From: Eledone cirrhosa
Lineage: Eukaryota
Direction of reading: 5' to 3'
Length of the DNA stretch: 64,000 nt
Assembly: GCA_964016885.1 (NCBI GenBank)
Contig: OZ024745.1
Span: 130,944,001-131,008,000, forward strand
Below the pieces are notes generated by a model. The model had not been told where the DNA came from, ran no database searches, and saw only the letters and a program-made list of their open reading frames with translations. A program made the position numbers and the translations under genes. Below are positions 59,500 to 64,000 of this stretch, in pieces. Each line of letters starts with the position of its first letter. Within the stretch, counting starts at the first letter, position 1.

Positions 59500-59850
59500 C
59501 AGGGTAAAGGGTAAAGACCCCCTTCGATGACTAATAACCGTGGGATTTACACCTACAAATTTCCCTTCCGAGGCACAAGTCCAGGCAATGTTGTTTGTGG
59601 AAGACCAGCATTTTCCTATACATACCAGTCTCCCCTCTCTACGTCACCAATGTTGTCCAAGGGAAAGGCAATGGTTGATACAGCTGGGCACCAGTGGCGT
59701 CGCAAATCATTTCTACAGCTCAATAAGCTGGAGTAACGTGAAAATAAGTGTCTTGCTCGAGAAGACAACGCGAAGCCCAACCCAAGAATCGAACTCACAA
59801 CCTCGCGTTGTAAGCCCGATGCTCTAACAACTAAGCCATGCGCCTTCACG
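59500..59850 (-). mobile_element. Second tRNA-derived SINE family
   Basis: Minus strand head ggcgcatggcttagttgttagagc...gagttcgattc, then gagcaagacacttattttcac; (TTTACC)-like tail. Confidence 0.8.
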
Positions 59851-59914
59851 ATATTGACTATATATAATAATGAGTATATTCAATATTGACAATATATAAT
59901 ATTGACAATATATA

Positions 59915-60118
59915 ATGGTTTTATATATAGGCATAAGGCCATCAATTTTGGGGGAGGGGAAAGTCGATTAAATCGGGCCCAGTGCGTGACTGGTACTTTA
60001 TTTTATCGACCCCGTAATGATGAAAGGCAAAGCTCATCCCGGAGGGATTTAAACTCAGACAATAAAGGGCCGTAACTCTATGCTACAAAGCATGGTGTCT
60101 GACCCTCTACCGATACTG
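59915..60118 (-). mobile_element. tRNA-derived SINE (dominant family)
   Basis: Family motifs. Confidence 0.85.
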
Positions 60119-61539
60119 AATATTGTCAATATATAATATTGACAATATACAATACTGACAATATATAATATTGACATTATAGTTACTAACAGAAAACCAC
60201 CCTTCGGGAGGTTTTCTGCTAGCATGTGTAGTGTGTATATTGATATTATACGCAAGTATATATACATGTAGATATGATCAAATAAAATCGTAATTGACAA
60301 TATACACAGAAATTGAACGAAGACTGCGTTACACTGTCTTATGTAATCAGTAACGTAATCAATGATACATTTGCATTAGGAGAAAATTAGTGACAGAAAT
60401 ATATGAATATTTATTTAAACGATCACTAACCGGAAGTGTTGACTTGAAAATTTTAAAGAATTGAATCTTTAAATAAGTAATAAAATATATTTAATGAACA
60501 GCCACGAAATTAGTAGATAAATTATGTAATATTCATTCATTATTTATTCGAGGTTGACTTTGCCTTTCATCCTTATAGGGTCGATAAAATAAAGTACCAG
60601 TAATGCACTGGTTAATTGCTGGCCTTGTGCCTAAAGTAGAAACAATTATTTATTCAAAGTAATCCAACTTATTTTACTAAGGGGATAAAAAAATTATAAA
60701 CCGAACGCAGTCCCACGCTTCTTGCTTTATTATAGTTTATATTGACATTATATATTATTGACAATATATAATATTGACAATATATAATATTGACAATATA
60801 TAATATTGTCAATATACGATATTGACAATATATAATATTGACAATATATAATATTGACAATATATAATATTGTCAATATACAATACTGACAATATATAAT
60901 ATTGACAATATATAATATTGACAATATATAATATTGACAATATACAATACTGACAATATATAATATTAACATTATATAATGTTGACATTATATAATATTG
61001 ACAATATATAATATATATTTTTTTTTTTAGAGATATATGATATTGACAATATACAATATTGACAATATACAATATTGACAATATACAATATTGACAATAT
61101 ACAATATTGACAATATACAATATTGACAATATATAATATTGACATTATACAGTATTGACAATATATAATATTGACAATATATAATATTGACAATATACAA
61201 TATTGACAATATACAATATTGACAATATATAATATTGACATTATACATACAGTATTGACAATATATAATATTGACAATATATAATATCGACAATATACAA
61301 TAGTAATGACAACTATGAAAATAACATACACAAGTACAACACTTCAAATTTAATGACATGCAAATAATCTTGCAAGTTGATTTGGATAACTGAAGTAGTG
61401 TTTGCGGTGATGTCCTTTATGATAATGATGATGATGGTGATTATTATAGTTACTAGAATAGGTTAACATTTTTTTTTTCTTTCACACACACCTACACACA
61501 TACACACACACTAAATAAATAACGTTGCCTTTTCTTTCT

Positions 61540-61830
61540 ATCTCTGTATATATCGCTCGCTCGGTGCTCCCTCTCTCTATATATAGATGAGGGCGACGTC
61601 ATAGCTTACTCTCTATCTATCTCTCCATCTATCTATGCACATATCTCTCGCTTGGCGCCCCCTCCCCTCTCTATATATAGATGAGGGCGACGTCATAGCT
61701 TACTCTCTATCTATCTCTCCATCTATCTATACACATATATCTCTCATCCCGCTCCCCCCCCCTCTCTATATAAAATGGGCTTGACGGACGGACGGACGGA
61801 CAGATAAACAACGCTTATTATAATATAGAT
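61540..61830 (-). mobile_element. Possible non-autonomous Helitron-like end with a 94 bp internal duplication
   Basis: Minus strand starts a|TCTATATTATAATAAG followed by (TCCG)n; gatgagggcgacgtc at 61586 and 61680; no clear 3' hairpin seen. Confidence 0.4.
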
Positions 61831-61902
61831 TATATGAGGTGATGGCGGTGTTGGCGGGATATTGCTGATAGTGGTGATGATGGTGATGATTATGGGAGTA
61901 GT

Positions 61903-62185
61903 CTAAAGTCTGTCTTAAGCCAGAAGGCTCATCAGGCCGGTGCTTATCCCTGTTTAATGGCATGAAGTGGCTGAGAGTACAAGACTCCCCCCTGGACAGG
62001 ACGCCAGTCCATCGCAGGGTTAAACCTCCAGCTATTGCTGGAACTCATTTTCAGCTAAGTATACTGGAGCAACGTGAAATGAAGTGTTTTGCTCAAGAAC
62101 ACAACACACCACACAGCCCGGGAATCAAACCCACGACATTATGATCGTAAGTCTAAACCCTTACCACTAGGCCACATGCCTCCTA
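61903..62185 (-). mobile_element. tRNA-derived SINE with V-domain-like cctgcgatggactggcgtcctgtccaggg
   Basis: A/B boxes gtggcctagtggtaagg and gggtttgattccc; head similar to 59500-59850 but a different tail. Confidence 0.78.
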
Positions 62186-62615
62186 TGGGAGTAAAGGGTT
62201 AGGTTATAGAAGAGGTAGCGGCTGTGGTGTTGGGGGGATCGCTAGTGGTATTGACGGTAATTGTATTGCTGTATATGATGATGGTGGTAGCGACGGCGGC
62301 GGTTTGTTTTGACTTTGTATATTAAATTGATAAATAATATGTATTTGTCATGTCCTGGAATTTAAGGTTGATTGGTTTGAAAATAAATAGACAGTGACAT
62401 AAAACGTGCGCGGAGCCAGTTTGTTTTTTAGTGACCCTGTATATAGCTTTACTCGACCTACATAAAACCTATATAAGCCATTTACGGCTTCCTTCTGCTG
62501 CAGCCAGATAAAGCGACTAAGCTGAAATTTCGAATTCACTGACATTTTTTATATTGAAAATAAATTTCTACAACCTACTTACCAGTATTGATTGCACATT
62601 TATACGCTATTTTAA

Positions 62616-62732
<117 letters not shown>

Positions 62733-62905
62733 GAAAAGGAAGAGAGACGGTATCATATTCAACATCAATTTTATTACATCCAGTTATGCACATTTTAAAG
62801 GTATCAAAATGTCGTTATTGAACAGGTATTCACTGCGTTGTCGTCCGGCAGGAGTCCAAATGTAAATAAAAATAAAGATTGTTTTTGTTGTTTTTTATAT
62901 ATGCC

Positions 62906-62948
<43 letters not shown>

Positions 62949-63151
62949 TGAGAGCTTTTGACGGGAACGAAAAAATTTGTATTCTAATCTCCCCCCACCA
63001 CGTAAAGTTTGTAAAACGGTGGCTGGTCGATGGACAGAATTGTATCGGATTCCAGTTGCTAATCACTTTACTGTGCCGGCCGTCACAAACTGTCATGGCC
63101 GTCATGGGCTGGGGTTTGGATTCTGTCGATCGATTGGTTATTGATTAGGCG

Positions 63152-63270
63152 ATACCCACTGATGAAGCCACATAAGCCGATTATGCATTGTTGCATGATA
63201 TATGCAGACAGAGGGTGCAGTGCACCCTACTGCTGCATTAAGTGTGGCCGAAACTCGAGTCCGGGAACTC
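63152..63270 (+). ncRNA. Type I hammerhead ribozyme with branched 84 nt stem II
   Basis: ccca CTGATGA a gccaca...tgtggc c GAAA ctcgag TC cggg; internal hairpins agggtgca/tgcaccct and atgca/tgcat. Confidence 0.8.
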
Positions 63271-63430
63271 TTATAGGCACCTGTTTACGTGTGTTGTATT
63301 GAAGCGAATAACTATGTGTATACTCTGGGAATGTATCTTACATTGCCTATTGAGTACGCTGAGGTACAACCGGTCCTGTCATTGATAAATATGCTGGGTC
63401 CGCCAACTCCTTATTATATATATATATATA

Positions 63431-63665
<235 letters not shown>

Positions 63666-64000
63666 TTGTACAAACTGAAACGTGAAACAATGTTTTAAGA
63701 AATTTCTGTTTTTAAGATACACACACTGCATATAACGTAGAGTAGCTTGTTCATGAATATGTGTATACGTGCGTGTCTATGCACAGGTGAGTGCACGCGT
63801 GATTGTGTATGAAAAGACAGAGGTTGGCTTAGAATTGAGCAAGGACGCGGCAAGCGATGTTTGCGATGTAAATTTGATTCACGGTTGTGTAGACACTTCA
63901 ATTCACTTAACGTTCGTATCTTAACGACCGTTGTCAATAAGTTGAAGATGGATTGGCGACACCATGCTGACACTGCTGGACATATTATATAAAGATGAAG

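Larger units (their letters stand above)
58670..61300. repeat. 17 bp AT-rich minisatellite in four blocks interrupted by SINEs
   Basis: Unit atattgaca(a/t)tatataa at 58670-59498, 59850-59915, 60120-60180 and 60740-61300. Confidence 0.92.

Noticed and set aside
61915-61945. CTGATGA on the minus strand as a hammerhead
   Set aside because: Part of a SINE tail; no GAAA after the hairpin

Overview
AT-rich eukaryotic intergenic/intronic DNA, most likely from an octopus or related cephalopod (inferred from the SINE families and microsatellite load). No host gene is confidently identifiable, and almost all listed ORFs are microsatellite artefacts. The real content is mobile DNA: a near-complete R4/Dong-type non-LTR retrotransposon in (TACA)n plus other R4 fragments in (TACA)n and (TAA)n, several Penelope-like element (PLE) 3' ends in (TA)n, RTE, CRE and Ingi-like fragments, a decayed Tigger/pogo transposon, Tc1/mariner MITEs, many tRNA-SINEs and several minisatellites, three of them seeded inside transposons. 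The most notable signal is a set of type I hammerhead ribozyme motifs (eight with intact cores, two with very long stem II, plus decayed ones) tied to fold-back insertions in (TA)n tracts that have fixed ends. In one case the inverted arm begins 1 nt from the predicted ribozyme cleavage site. All folds and alignments were done by eye.
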